A stretch of 64,000 nucleotides of DNA from Podarcis muralis (taxonomy: Eukaryota): NCBI RefSeq assembly GCF_964188315.1, contig NC_135657.1:36208001-36272000 (forward strand), given 5' to 3'. Position 1 is the stretch's first letter. Every line of letters begins with the position of its first letter. The notes under the pieces are model-generated. The model worked only from the letters and a program-made list of their open reading frames with translations, searched no databases and had not been told where the DNA came from. Shown here one piece after another: positions 37,524 to 51,039 of the stretch. Made by a program: the position numbers and the translations under genes.

Positions 37524-39930
37524 CTGGAGGAAATACAAACACAATCATGGAGATAGTTGCTGGCTTGAAATTATGCATTGGCTGGCATCCACGGGATAGG
37601 ATATATTAGGACCAAAAATCCAGTGCTGGCACACATCTTAAGCGCACTTGGGAAGCTTCCCTAAAAGAACATCATACTAAAAAGTATGTTCAGTTAATTG
37701 GAGACAGAGTGTGTTCAATGTAGATAAGGAACAGCACTACTTCAAATCAGAAGCAAGAGATTTTCCCCACCTTTCCAATACATACTAACAGGAACAAGTT
37801 AGGATTTTAATTCATTAGCAGTTATGCATCTAAAACCTTTTAAGGTGGTGGCAGCTTCAGATAAACTGAGCACAAAAGATACATACGTTTGAGTACCAAG
37901 AAAAATGCCCTGATCCCATTTCTTATTTGCCTTTCCTTTACAGAGGGAACTGTATCATTTTCTACTTGTAACGAAAATTTGGCACAGCCAATCCAATCCA
38001 AAGTCATTTTACTGGCATTATCGGGTTGCTACAAAAATGTTTTGCTTCCGTACCAGCAGATAAAATTGATCCTTTAAAATGTTTCCATCAAAAACTCACT
38101 CAGAGGCTAAGAGTTTCCAGTTCATGCTCTCTGGGCACTTTTTAAAGCTTTAGTCAAACACACGCTTAATAAACCTAGAAGAGAAATGAGTTACAGTATT
38201 TCTCTTTCTTTCTCTCTCTCTCTCTCCCTCCCTCAGTTCTGCTTCAGGACTCTGGCAACCGATTCTCTCAAAGGAAAGGGCAGCCAGCACAGAGTTGAAG
38301 CAATATACACAGAATTTGTAAAACTACCTCTATCAGGATTCAGCCGTTTATTTTCTTAATTAACTGAAAATGATAACACAAGAGCATTTCCATTTGGGGA
38401 GCCCTCCAGCTTCATCAACTGCTGGAAAAATTCTGCTCCAAGAGCTGAAGTTACAGTTATTTCAGCAGATTTCAAAATAAACACAGCCATACAATCGCAC
38501 TGCATAGTAGCCAAATCTAGGTAACATTACTGGCAACAGAGCTGCAGATGTCTTCAACACGCCCCGCCAAATTTTGCTACATGGCACCCACATTGTATAT
38601 TTGTGAAGCCACAAAATGCCACGTTTGAGCCATGCAAACGACACCAATGAGACAAAACCATAAAAGCCAGAGGTGGTTTCTTCCAGCCTGTCCTTAGCCC
38701 ACCTTCCTCTGCATGGATATTGCATTAGGCAACAGCAATTATAGCAGGCAAGATCATCCTGCGATTGGACAACCTTTCAACCACCTACACATCTCAAACC
38801 TGCCAAAGACCAAATACGAGACCCTGGAGGGAAAGGCCAGGAAGTGGGGAAACGATGTGTTCAAGAAGAATGGCTCTGGCATCCATTTCATTTCCTATAA
38901 GCTCCTCTTTACAAGTCAGCAGTTCTGCTAGAGCCACCTTAAATAATAATATGCAGGCCATCAAGACAGGAAGGTATGTCTGAGCTAAAAAAAAATGTCA
39001 AAACCGCTCCTCCTAATGAGCGGCCAAAGAAGTTCGGATCTTTTTGAAGTTCATGAATGGAGCTGCTCTTGATGGAGTACAAGAATCCTAGAAGGATGAG
39101 TAGGGTTGGGTAAGACGACAGAGGTGGGGGAATCTCACACTTCTTCTGGAACAGACATGGCCTGCACTTGTCAAGAACAAGTTTGTTGTTATTGTTTTTA
39201 ATTGGGCCACGCTCAGGATATGAACGCCATCTTCAGGGTCAGTCAGATCACTGGCCTTCAATGAGTGGCTTGGGACCCATTACCAGTTCACAGCAGCTGC
39301 ACTACCACCATACAAATATATGGCTTTAAAAAATGTCTCGCATGCTGCAAGTCTCATTCATTTGGGGACTTGGGAAGATATTGAGACATATACTGTGGGA
39401 ACGGAGGTGGATGCTGGATTGTAGAACTGTAGGAGACACAACACCAACCTTCACATTTATCACTAAGATGGTTTGTTAGCTAAATGTGGTTTGAAAAAGA
39501 AGTAGACCATCATTTCAATCTTTTCGTCAGCAGAACTAAATAAATAAATTATGGTCATTTGTAACACTTTGTTGTGTTTGGAGTGTGGGGTTGTTTTTTT
39601 TAAAAAAAGGAAACAGTTAAAAACCCTGGCAACGCAAACTCCCATTTGCATTCTTAAAATATTCTTTGAGCAAAAGATTAAGGCTGTTGAGCCAATCCTA
39701 TAAAAACAGACACAGCAAATAAAACCTGTTTCAAGACTATGCCAAGCTATTTTAGAAACAACCATCTGGCTCAAGGATCTTAACACAGTCGGTTCCAAGA
39801 AGTAAGGGGGAAACCTGAAGAAGAAACAGATATTTAAGAAATTAAGAGAACTCACCAGCAACTGATTGAGGGCTGGTGAAACCAGCTGGGGAACAAAACA
39901 TACTTCTAGGTCCTGGGCTAGTGTCTAGAC

Positions 39931-40066
39931 CAGTGTTTCCCAACCTTGGGCCTCCAGCTGTTTTTGAACTACAATTCCCATCATCCCTGACCACTGGTCT
40001 TGCTAGCTAGGGATGATGGGAGTTGTAGTTCAAAAACAGCTGGAGGCCCAAGGTTGGGAAACACTG
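39931..40066. mobile_element. hAT (Charlie-like) palindromic MITE, 136 bp
   Basis: Differs from the 28381 copy at two positions by eye. TSD GTCTAGAC at 39923-39930 and 40067-40074, matching the NTCTAGAN Charlie target preference. Confidence 0.92.
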
Positions 40067-40078
40067 GTCTAGACACTA

Positions 40079-40322
40079 GAGCCAGTGTGGTGTAGTGGTT
40101 AAGAGCAGTAGACTTGTAATCTGGTGAACCGGGTTCACTTCCCCACTCCTCCACATGCAGCTGCTGGGTGACCTTGGGCTAGTCACTCTGAAGTCTCTCA
40201 GCCCCACTCACCTCACAGAGTTTTTGTTGTGGGGGAGGAAGGGAAAGGAGAATGTTAGCCGCTTTGAGACTCCTTCGGGTAGTGATAAAGTGGGATATCA
40301 AATCCAAACTCTTCTTCTTCTT
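40079..40322 (+). mobile_element. Squam3 SINE
   Basis: Highly similar to 32835-33090, with a (CTT)n tail. Confidence 0.85.
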
Positions 40323-41959
40323 CCAAGCAGCAAAGTGGCATGCTAGAATATGGTATGACCGCCCTGGTATGATCTCTGCAGAACACTTCTCACTGACTTG
40401 TCCGCTTTCCATGAGCAAGGGATTTTGGCTTCTGGGGAATATTTACAGCAGGACTGAGAAACCCAGGCCCAGAAGTCAAATGTGGCTCTCAAGGCTTCTT
40501 TATCTGATCCTTGGGACTCCCTCAGGCCACACCCCTCTCACTTGGCCATACCCCTCACTATCCCTCCTCCTTATCCTTTTTGAGTGCTGTTGCCTGGCTG
40601 GAATTTCTTTTTGAACTGTGACTGAATGCAAGGGCAAGTGTAGGAGTGGTTGTCTGCCTTTGTAGCCTACTATACAAAGTCACATCCATTGCTTCACCCT
40701 CTTTTGCCCATGGATACAAACACCACTCACTCAGAGCCCCAGAAGGTTGTTCATGATGGAAGGTGGCCCTTGGGTGAAAAAAGCCCCAGCGCTAGTTTAA
40801 AGATGTAATCCCTCACATACACTCTAAAGTCCCAGAGCACATTATTATACCGCTAAACGTGCCATTTTGGCTTTAACTGAACAGCAGACACACACTTCAA
40901 GGAAGAGGGTGGTCTTCCCAGTAGTGCCCAAGTTGAGAGCATCGTCTAAACCATCCTATGAAAATGAAGTATTATTAAAGGAGTTCAGCTGTGGTCACAT
41001 GAGATGTACAAGCATGAAGGGAGCATTTTGAGAACGCCAGTGTCAAATGCCAGCAACAAAAAACAGACAGAATTCTCCCACAAGAGGCTGTAGCCTACAG
41101 AACGAAGGTAAAAAGTCACATCTTCCACCCTCCTGGCACCTCTGTCACTGCCCACTACTTGTGTGTAGCCTTTGGAAGGTGTCCTCTGGCTGAAAAACGT
41201 TTCCCATCCCTGATAGATGTACTATGTGACTTTAAGACCTAATACCCAAGTTGGCTTGTTTTCCTCTTCTCACCTCATTCCTTCCCCCGCCTTTTGCATT
41301 GGACCATATAGATTATAAACCTGAAGACAGGAATTCCAACACACACACACACACACACAAATACACACATGCCATGTATTGATCTTATTTAAGTCACTCT
41401 GGGAAATTTTTTGACTGAAGGAGCAGGGTAAAAATGGTTTAAATAAACTCAGTAAATTCAAAGCCTCCACCACGTCCCTCCACCCTCCAAAATGAGGCAA
41501 GTGGTGACCATGAGAAATGAGGGCCTTTCCAGTCCCAGCACCTCAAATATGTCCTTTCACAGCACCAGGCAAAGAAATGTGACCAGACATTCAAATGTGC
41601 TTTTATAGCTGGTTTTAGACATGCTGGGTTTTAGTGGTTTTGCTTCCGTGACTCTTCTGGTGTCTTGTTTTTATGATTTTAACGTCTCCATTTTTTAAAT
41701 TATATGCTGCCCTGGGAGTCATGGTACTGTAGGGTGGCATATAAAATTGTCTGTTAAAATGGTACTTCAGGAGTACTTACTAGGAGTATCCAGCAGGAAC
41801 TTTCTATTGCTCTGCCCTTACAGACTACAAGCTGGATAGCATTTGTTACTATAGTAATAAGCACTAAAGTATCTGTTATTGTGGCAGCAACAGGCAAATT
41901 GCAAAAAAGAAGGGTGGGGAGATACAGGATACTCTAATCTAATACAAAAGAGCTGAAAT

Positions 41960-42157
41960 AGGAACAGAGGAAGCTGCCTTATACAGAGTCAGACCATTGA
42001 TCCATTTGGCACAGTATTGTCTACACTGACTGGCAGCAGCTCTCCATGATTTCCAGGTCAGGTTTTCTCCCACCCCTACCTGGAGAAGCTGAGGATTGAA
42101 CCTGTGACCTTCTGCATGCAACACTGACGCTCTGCCACTGAGCTATTGCCCTTCCCC
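41960..42157 (-). mobile_element. tRNA-derived SINE (Squam2-like)
   Basis: Head GGGAAGGGC..TAGCTCAGTGGCAGAG...GGTTCAATCC and tail AAGGCAGCTTCCTCTGTTCCT. Other copies at 47435-47735 (+, interrupted), 56177-56360 (+) and 59715-59870 (-). The family name is tentative. Confidence 0.7.
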
Positions 42158-43514
42158 TCTCTATTGCTCTGCCCGGAACGCAGCCATTCCATGAACAGAA
42201 GATTTCAGTCACTGCACTTGCTAAGCATAAAACAGCATTTAAAAGGACCGGATTGCAATTATGCACACATACCAGAATGAGCAGCATGCAAGTGCAGAAA
42301 ACAGGTGGCAGGGTGCAAAAAGTAGGTCATTTTAGCAGGGAATCCTGTCAAGAAACAAGTTGTTGTGGATACCCTGCAGCAGAGGGGCAGTCAGGTTGCT
42401 AAGACCACGGTCAGCAGGAGGCAAATTCACTCAAAGGCTTTGGAGACTTTGGGGTCATGTGTCCACAGAAATGCAGTGCACCACCCAGGGGGGGGGGGGA
42501 GTCAGAAGCCAAGAAATTATATATTTTTTAAATCAATCCAAGACAGAAAGCAGTGTCATGTTTGTACTAAACAGTTCAAGCAAGGTTTTCCAGCACTTGC
42601 TCATTCATTGATTTTTTTTAAAAAATATTAGTGAATATGCTAAACAAGTACACACACACCCTTTTGACGCCACCTTCAGTTGTCCCTGAAAGGAGGTTGT
42701 TGTAGCCTGGCCTTTGCCAACCTAAGGCTTGCCAAATGTTCTGCACTACAGCTCCCAGCAGACCCACCTAGTCCCAGCAGTTTCTGTTGTGAACTGCAGT
42801 TCCAAATATCAGAAGGGCATCAGGTTGAAAAAGTCTGGTGTACTCAATAAAAGCCATAGATCTCCAAAACGGAATAGCTGTTAAGGGAGATACAAGCCTT
42901 CTCCCTAGTCGGGATTTGATAGGTGCTCATTGCTCCCACCCACCCTGCCATGCAGCAGAAGAGGGTGGGGGAGCAGGTATCTGGGGAATATTCATCCCCT
43001 ATTTTATTGATTTCACAATATTTTTATCCAACCTTTTTCTGTGGCTCACTGCATAAACTGAAACAATTGGTAATGTACGCTCGTACAGAAAATAAAGTGA
43101 GAGCAAAAACAATACTTTGCAAAATAGGACAGAAACATTTTTTTTGGGGGGTGAATGTCTTAACAGCCTGTCCAAATAGCAAAGGGGTCGATTGGGCCCC
43201 TTGAGAAAAGGAATTCCACCACCAGGGTGCCACTACAGAAAAGGTCTTGCTTCACACCCCAGTCAATAAGATATTTGGTGAAGTAATGTTATGCCCTGTG
43301 ATACAAACTACATTTCCCATGCAAATGAAAGCTGCCCAAGGCATCTTCATTCCTGGAAGGAACACTTGGTGACCTTCAGAAAGGAAGGGATAGTATTGTC
43401 ACTTCCTTGGCCACAGTAGTTATACCCTCCTAGAACCTAAAATCTATCTGCACTTTTTCCCCCTTTACAGGTCCACATGACAAAATTTGACCCGCAAAAA
43501 TGATGCTTCCATAC

Positions 43515-43593
43515 CAGAGTGAATACAACCAATCTATACAAGAAGAATCCCAGCTTGAGGAAAGTGTTATTCACTATGGATCAATTGAAAAAC
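43515..43593 (-). other. Candidate 79-nt non-coding (5' UTR) exon
   Basis: Acceptor TACTCTCGCTTCTGTCAG and donor CTG|GTATGG. Stops in all three frames. Confidence 0.5.
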
Positions 43594-45158
43594 CTGACAG
43601 AAGCGAGAGTACATCTTCTCTCCCCTACAAGCCTAATCAACTTCTTAGGATTCCAAAACTGCTCTCTCAATTTTCAACAATATTTTCCCTCCTCTGTCTT
43701 TAAGACACAAGTATGAAATAAAGATGAAGAAAAATCATGACCCTGATATACCTCTAAGAAGACTGGGTACGTCTGAAAACACATGCATCTTCTTAAATTT
43801 CCCACGCACAACTCTTATGTACATAAATAAACCAGTCAGTACCCATAAGCGCGAGCTGAGGGTGGGCGTGGGGAATCTCAATGAATTGTAAATGTCAAGG
43901 ATCTGAATGAGCAGATTTCATAACATGTTTTCATCAGCTTTTCCAAGAATTAGACGCAACCAGCTCATGTTGTCAGCAGTAAATCAGTCAATTGTGCCCC
44001 AGCTTTGTAACTTTAAATTTACAGGGTTAAGCCCAAAAAAGGGGGGAGGAATAATACATTTATAATGGCCTAGCTCAGCCAGTCTCAGATATATCCTAAA
44101 GATACAATCAACTGCTGATGACCTTGTATTTTTTTAAAAAAATCTGACACTCAGGCTGTCCTTCTGTCCCGCCAACAAAACAACAGTATCAACACCACAG
44201 GAACAGATCTCAAAGGTTCATTTTGTCTGAGTCTTCAATGGGATGCACATGTAAGTACATCTTTAGGAGCTAGGGTCAAAATAATGAGCATGACTATACG
44301 TAATGCAAAAGCGAGGAAAAGCAAGGGCAGTGAACATTACAACATGAGCAAAAAAGCAAAGAAAATGAATGTGAGGTTTCTTTCCCTTCAAGTTCACTGC
44401 CATCTGCACTTGACCATAGTTGGTACACAGTTACGGGGCAAGAACACAGGTCCATGTGTTAAGAAATCTTACACATCTGCATTAGAAATCAGCTCAAGAG
44501 CCACTGCTGTCAAGTTTGACAAAGCCAGGCTAAATGGACCATATGTCTGACAGCACCACATCTTGTCATGCTTCTCTTCCTGTTCAGAATACATAGCTCA
44601 ACACCCTTTGAGGAAACATTTATCGAACCATCCCAATGTCCAAAAGTAACAGGAGGACAATCTCTTTACTAGAAGTAAAATGTCACAAAGTAACAAGCAA
44701 GTGTTTTTAATTGCCTCTGAGCTCTTCTTAAGGTTGGATGCTAACACACCCACCCCAAAAACAGGTCAAAAAGCACCATTATTTTTTTTGGGGGGGGAGT
44801 TTCTCTCCCCTCCTCCCCATTTTGTTTTCTTTGCATAACATTCAGACAGAAGAGTTTGGGGGACCTGGCAGATTACTCATAACTTTAAGACATTTAGCTG
44901 GTCCTAATAAAAATATGACTATTAACTTTGTGTTAATAAATTAGCGCAGCTACTTTCAATGTATGTGTATTTAGGAAGATCCACAAGTCTGTTCCTTAAC
45001 CAGGATCCAGCCAGATGCATCACTGCACTGCCAACAACAAAACAGTACACAAAGTTTTAAGCTGCTCTGCATATCCCTCCGTAGTACCTATGGGCACCAG
45101 AGGGATGAACCTTCAGGAAGGTGTGTCAAGAATTCCTAATACTATGTTCTTAATTCCG

Positions 45159-45196
45159 ATTGGCCAAAGCTTCATTCTTAAAACACGTCACGTGAC
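45159..45196. promoter_or_regulatory. CCAAT box plus perfect palindromic E-box GTCACGTGAC overlapping TGACGTG
   Basis: ATTGG at 45159-45163 and GTCACGTGAC at 45187-45196, at the edge of the CpG island. Confidence 0.45.
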
Positions 45197-45319
45197 TAAC
45201 TCTACTCGTCTACTCAAAATCATGAATGGGTTTGCTTCCCCGATGCTGCACTGCGGTGCTCGCTGCCCTGATGAATCACCACTCCCTTTCTACCAGCTTA
45301 TCACCACTGAATTATTCAC

Positions 45320-46510
45320 TTAACTGAGTTTTACCAACTTCCCTGGCTGTTTTACGGCGGATTATCGCCAGGCGTCGCAGCAGCGCCCTCTACCCGACCC
45401 ACGCGGGAACTGTACCCAGGGACGCTGCCCAGCGCCTTCGCTTCTGCCCATTTCAATTACAGGCGACGATTGCGACTCAGAAATCTGCAGGCACTTCAAA
45501 ACAACCCCCCTTCGCTTTCATTTTAGAAATTGACCTCTTCCCGATACAATTTCCGGCCGCCTCCAGAAAGAAAAAAAATGCTCGACATGCAAAATATAAA
45601 TGACAAGTCTCCTTAAGAAAACCCCGTGGAAGAAAGTCATATTTAGGTTGCATGTACCCAGTGAGTTCAGAATAGACATGCACAGCATTGCACTGTTAAT
45701 AATCTCCCTATTCCGTGCAAAAATAGAAACAAAAAGGCTTCTTCTCACAGACTTCTGCCTGTCCTCTAACGCACCGCTTTTTGCCAGCAGGCTGGCAGGC
45801 TTGCCTTCTTCGCCCCAAGAGCTAACGTGGGAAAGGGGGTTTTGATTTTAGAAAAGGGCTGCAAACGCTCGAGAGGCTCTCCTTTCCCATCTCGGCTCTC
45901 TCCCTTGTGTTTTTGCAGCTGCTCTGCTCAGGAGAGACCATAAATGTAGCCTGCGGAGAATGTTTTTTTAAAAAATTAAAGAGCGCCCTAAAAAGCTACG
46001 ATCACTTGGGTTGGACTTACCCAGAAGCTCAAGCAGCGCTCCGGACTTGGCTTTCACCGCAAACGGCTGAGCTCAGGGCTCCGGCGCGGCCATCCCGTGT
46101 CCGCCAGCCAAGCCCCCTGGACGCCCAAGTGCACCAGGCAAGGGAAAGGGGCGGCGGAGCCTGCGGGCTGCTGCTGCTGCTGCTGTCGCTGCAGCGGCGT
46201 CTTCGCCTTCGCCTAAAGAGCAGGCGCCGCTTCCTCGTCCAGCCAGCGGCCGCTTTACGAGCGCCGCAAGCTCAGCTAGGCGCTCCTGCGCTACGCGCTC
46301 TTAAAGGGGCCACAGCCCCGACGGGGCGCGCAGGGGAAGAAGCGCCCGGGCGCTCCCGCGGGAAAGAAGCCCTGTCTTCCTTCACGCGGCGGCGCGTGCT
46401 TAATCTGAGGGACGCCCTCCCGATCTGCTGCTATTTTGCTGCTGGGATGCAGAGGTCAGCGCAGGTGGGGCACTCAAAACGGACTTGGCACTTTTGTGCA
46501 ACAAAGCTAC
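45320..46510. promoter_or_regulatory. CpG island / promoter
   Basis: The only stretch of non-TE DNA with dense unmutated CpG and high GC. Free of TEs. Confidence 0.85.
46021..46290 (-). other. Candidate first exon (5' UTR) of an unnamed minus-strand gene; upstream boundary approximate
   Basis: Consensus donor TGG|GTAAGT at 46021/46020 inside the CpG island. Contains a short CAG tract and a uORF MAAPEP* (46073-46093). Confidence 0.55.
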
Positions 46511-47979
46511 GTCGGGAGTGTGTGGTTGGGGGGGGAGATCTTTTCGCAGTAAGGAAAGTGATGCGGAAAAGCACTGGGTAGTGTGGGAGATCAATGGCTC
46601 TGACCCAAGAAAACAAATCCAACTGATTGTTTGATAAATAGCGTTGAATGAACTCCCCACAAACTTTGTGCAGCCAGTCAGAATGTTATGTAAAGTGTCC
46701 AAAGACCAATAGGTCAACTGATAGGTTTAGGAAGCACCGGGGAAGGGACATAGCAGGCACCTTTAACTGCCCCACAGCTGACATCATAGATGACATCACA
46801 TGTGGGCAGGTGAACATGATTTGACTGAAAGCACCTTGTGGGCCAAAATGGTGAGGCCTAGTGAGACCCACAAGCCAGAGGTTCGTTCTCTCTCTCTCTC
46901 ACCTGCCATAAACTTTGTTCAAACAAATCAAGATTAATGTCCAATAAGCAAGTCATCTGCAAGTGACTTTAGCATTGGATTTATTTTATTTTATTTTTAT
47001 TATTTTTATTGCTTATTTTTAAAAAAAATTGCAAATCGCACGTTTGTGATCTCTAAATGGGCCACTGACAATATTCTGTATGCCCTGAGTTAGAGTCATG
47101 TTGGTAGAGGTAGCCATGGGGCTTTGAGGATTGTCTCGGTGCAGCTGCTAATTCATTAGCAAGAAGCACAGGAAAGAATCAGAAGACTATGCCCCACTCT
47201 AACCCTACTTCATATTATATTTATTTGGTTGGCTTGCTAGTTTTCAGATTTATAGTCCCCTTGTCAATCAAGTGATCCTCAAGTTTGCAGTTTCTCCCCC
47301 TCCCACAATACTAGATCTCACAGTCATTATGCTAAATGGAGATTAAGGGCAAGACAGACAGAAATGCTTTTTTCACACAGAGCACAGCTCAGGTATGGAA
47401 TTTGCTTCCAAAATATGTGACAATGGTAGAGTGGGCAGGGCCAGAGCTTAGTGGTACAGGCATGCTTTCCCTGCAAAATATTCCCAGGCTCAATCCCCAG
47501 TATTTCCAGGTAGTGCTGGGAAAGCTTCCTGCCAGAAACTCTGGAAAGCCACTCTGTAGATCAGGGATGGGGAAATTGTCTGGATGTTGCTCAACAACAA
47601 CATCCATCATTCCTGGCTATTGGCCCTCCTGACTGAGGCTGGTAGGAGCTGGAGTCCCACATCTGGAGAGCCACAGATTAGCCACCCCCAGCACAGATGG
47701 ACCAGAAGTCTGAATTAGTGTAAGACAGCTTCCTCAACTTTGTGATAAGCTCTCCCCAGGGAGACTTGCCTGGCACCATCAGTCGCATTTTTAGGCAAGA
47801 ACATTCTTATTCACCCACGTCTTTGGATCTTAATTTTAGTGGTGTAGATCTGTTTTTCTATTATTTGTGCATTTTAGGATGTTCTAGCCTCTTTTTATAT
47901 TTGTTTCTGATGTTCATTTTTGTAAGTTGCTTTGAGTTTCATTTTTGGAAAAAAGTGACTGATGAATAATAATTTTAAT

Positions 47980-48188
47980 CAAATTGCAAGAAAGGAGATT
48001 CGGCTTAAACATTAGGAAGAACTTTCTGACAGAGCTGTTTGACAGTGGAACAGAAGGTGGTGGACTCTCCTTCACTGGAGGTTTTCAAAACAGAGGTTGG
48101 ATGGTCAGGGATTCTATAGCTGTGATTCCTGCATTGCAGGGGGTTGGACTAAATGGAAGCCCTTCCAACTCTATGATGCTGTGATTCT
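47980..48188 (+). mobile_element. CR1 LINE 3' end
   Basis: MQERRFGLNIRKNFLT-type coding end and an ACTCTATGATGCTGTGATTCT tail. Confidence 0.85.
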
Positions 48189-48926
48189 TCTTCTCCCATC
48201 CTATGGAAACAATTCATCCCAGAAGGTTCTCGCACAACCAGAAGCCCAAAGAGGGCCACTGGAAGATTCCATACTTCCCTGTTCTTCAGCTCACAACTGT
48301 GAGACACAACTGTGCCATTGCAGGAGGGGAAAGGCCTCAATGCTCATTCTCCACAAGCACTCAATAGCACATGGATGCATGCCTCCAGCTGAGCCCAGTT
48401 AAAGATTGAAAGCCTCCTGTTTGCTGAGCATTCATCCTGATTTCCTTGCACAATGCTTACACAGGGGTTCGAATATGGCTGTGTACACCCTGTACCTTTA
48501 AAGCACATTTGAAGCACATTGTTTCCCTCAAAGAATTCTGGGCACTATAGTTTGCTGAGGGTTGCTAGGAATTGTAACTCTGTGAGGAGCAAACTACAGT
48601 GCCCACAATTCCTTGAGAAAAAGAAAGAGTTGTGAATGTGCTTTTAAGGTATAGGGTGCATCCAGTTTTGCTTGTAGGGAGGTAATATGACAACGAGCAT
48701 TCATCCCAATTTGCTTGCACAGAGTTTACACATCTCCCCATCAATCAATCATCTATTCTCCACTTTTTAGTGCATTTCCCCATCACTTTCCTAGTTGCAA
48801 AAATAAAAAATGAAAAAATGAAAAACAACTGACAACCTTGCTTTGTTTTTAAGTGGATTTGTTTCTACAGAGTGATTTAATTTCCGGCAAGTAATTGAAT
48901 CCTTCTTGCAAAATACCGACAGTCTA

Positions 48927-49293
48927 AAAAGGTAAAGGTAAAGGTACCCCTGCCCGTACGGGCCAGTCTTGACAAACTCTAGGGTTGTGCGCCCATCTCA
49001 CTTAAGAGGCCGAGGGCCAGCGCTGTCCGGAGACACTTCCGGGTCATGTGGCCAGCGTGACAAAGCTGCATCTGGCGAGCCAGCGCAGCACACGGAAACG
49101 CCGTTTACCTTTCCGCCAGTAAGCGGTCCCTATTTATCTACTTGCACCCGGGGGTGCTTTCAAACTGCTAGGTTGGCAGGCGCTGGGACCGAGCAACGGG
49201 AGCGCACCCCGCCACGGGGATTCGAACCGCCGACCTTTCGATCGGCAAGCCCTAGGCGCTGAGGCTTTTACCCACAGCGCCACCCGCGTCCCC
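48927..49293 (-). mobile_element. Sauria SINE, full length
   Basis: (AAAGGT)n tail on the plus strand, tRNA head with GGTTCGAATCC, and TSD AC(C/T)GACAGTCTA at 48915-48926 and 49294-49305. Confidence 0.92.
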
Positions 49294-51039
49294 ACTGACA
49301 GTCTAGAGGAGACCAAATAATTTCCTTCTCACTTTCTGCAACACCAATAGGCAAATAGCTGCAAGGGTGGGAATCCTGCTCTTCCTGCTGTGGGGAAGAT
49401 GCCATTCTCAGAGTCTCTCTCACCCAGAAGAAACAGGAGAAAATATAATCTTGCTACCCACCAGGCAATATTCTGTTGACTCTTGCACAAAAAAAGAGAG
49501 TTTCCCATCCAACAGCAGAAATTGCCTCCCTAGACCAAAAGGAAACAGATGGCAGACTGGCACTGGTCTAGAATAGATGCCCAACTAACCACAGAAAAGG
49601 TACATATTGGCCAAATAAGTGGCAATGCTGGCCAATCACAATATAACACTGTTTTCTCTACTCTACTAGTCTTCTGAACATCCATGGTAACTTGGCGTTG
49701 ATTCTGGTGCTGCCAGGACGTGTCTATTTATATAAAGTGGATGTGCCCCTTGCTTGTAAATAGACCCTCTAAGCAGTTTACAAAAATTAATAAATAAAAC
49801 ATTTGACACAACATTTGTTAGTGTTAGAGGCAGAAGAGAGATGGAGAGAAAGGCTTCTGTGGCAATAGAGCTTGTCAGCTGCCATTTGGAATGGGAAGAG
49901 TAGGACTTTGACACTCAGGACACTCAGGACAATGCTGATCAGGACAATATTGGGTACATGTAGAAACTTAGATCACATCCATGCCATACATTTAAAGCAC
50001 ATGGCTTCCCCAGCAAAGAATCAGGGAAGTTTGTTCACGGTTCTGGGAAGTATAGTTCTCTGAGGGCTAAACTACAGCTCCCAGGATTCTTTGAGGGATG
50101 TCTTAAATGTGTGGTGTGGCTGTGACCTTAGCTACAGAGAAAAAAACCACAGCTATCAAAGTCCAGATTTGGAAATACTTAACTGTACTCTGTGTTTCAG
50201 GACAGTATGTGGAAATAAGCACTTACGTATATCTAAAGCACTGGGCGAATTAAGAGAATTAAGGAATGATCTTTTATTTAAAAATAACAACAACCCACAA
50301 TGTACTTCCTACATTGTACTGTACGTGTAGCTTGAAGATAAGAAAATGTGCAGTCTATGATAGTCTCTTAGATAATTTAGTGATAGTTCTGTTCCTTTGC
50401 AGTCCAAAAGAATACCAAGTTTTTAAAACATTACAAAGATTCCTTTGGAAGCCAGGTTCCATGATTCAGAAAGAGAAATATTCACTCATGCTTTGAAGTG
50501 AAACGATCCCCTCATGCATGCCTTGAAGTGCAATGGTCACACAAAGAACCTGATGGATATAAATGTATCTGGCTTGAAGAATAGGGGTGCAAAAACCCAA
50601 GAGCAGGACATTTCCAAAAGCGAGATTATGCCATAAAAGGGAATTGTTTTCTGCACCAAGTCTTCTGCAAAAGCTTCTGTATCAGCCTTTGGTCTAAATC
50701 GTTTGTTAGATCAGTTGTCAAAACAAAGGAATCTGAGTATTGTTAAACTGAGGACAAAGGTAACTATTGTAGATGGAGTTTCTGTGGCAGGCTGCCTGCT
50801 CCCTCTGACAAAGGGCTTAAGCACCATGTTGTGTGGATGGGGGGACTGAACTGTGAGCAATAGCCAACACATTGTTATTACAAGGCATAAGTGTCTCTTA
50901 CATCTGACACACTGCGGCTGCATCCCTGCTCTGAAGTGATGGGGTGACTTCTGATGTCAAAGAAATTTGACTTGAGAGCTACGCCTGGCAAACACTGTCA
51001 GCTGGTACACAACATGTTCACTGTGGACCTGGGATCACG

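Noticed and set aside
45907-46581. 224-aa plus-strand ORF
   Set aside because: It spans the GC-rich CpG island where stops are rare. The Arg/Ala/Leu-rich translation has no recognisable domain.
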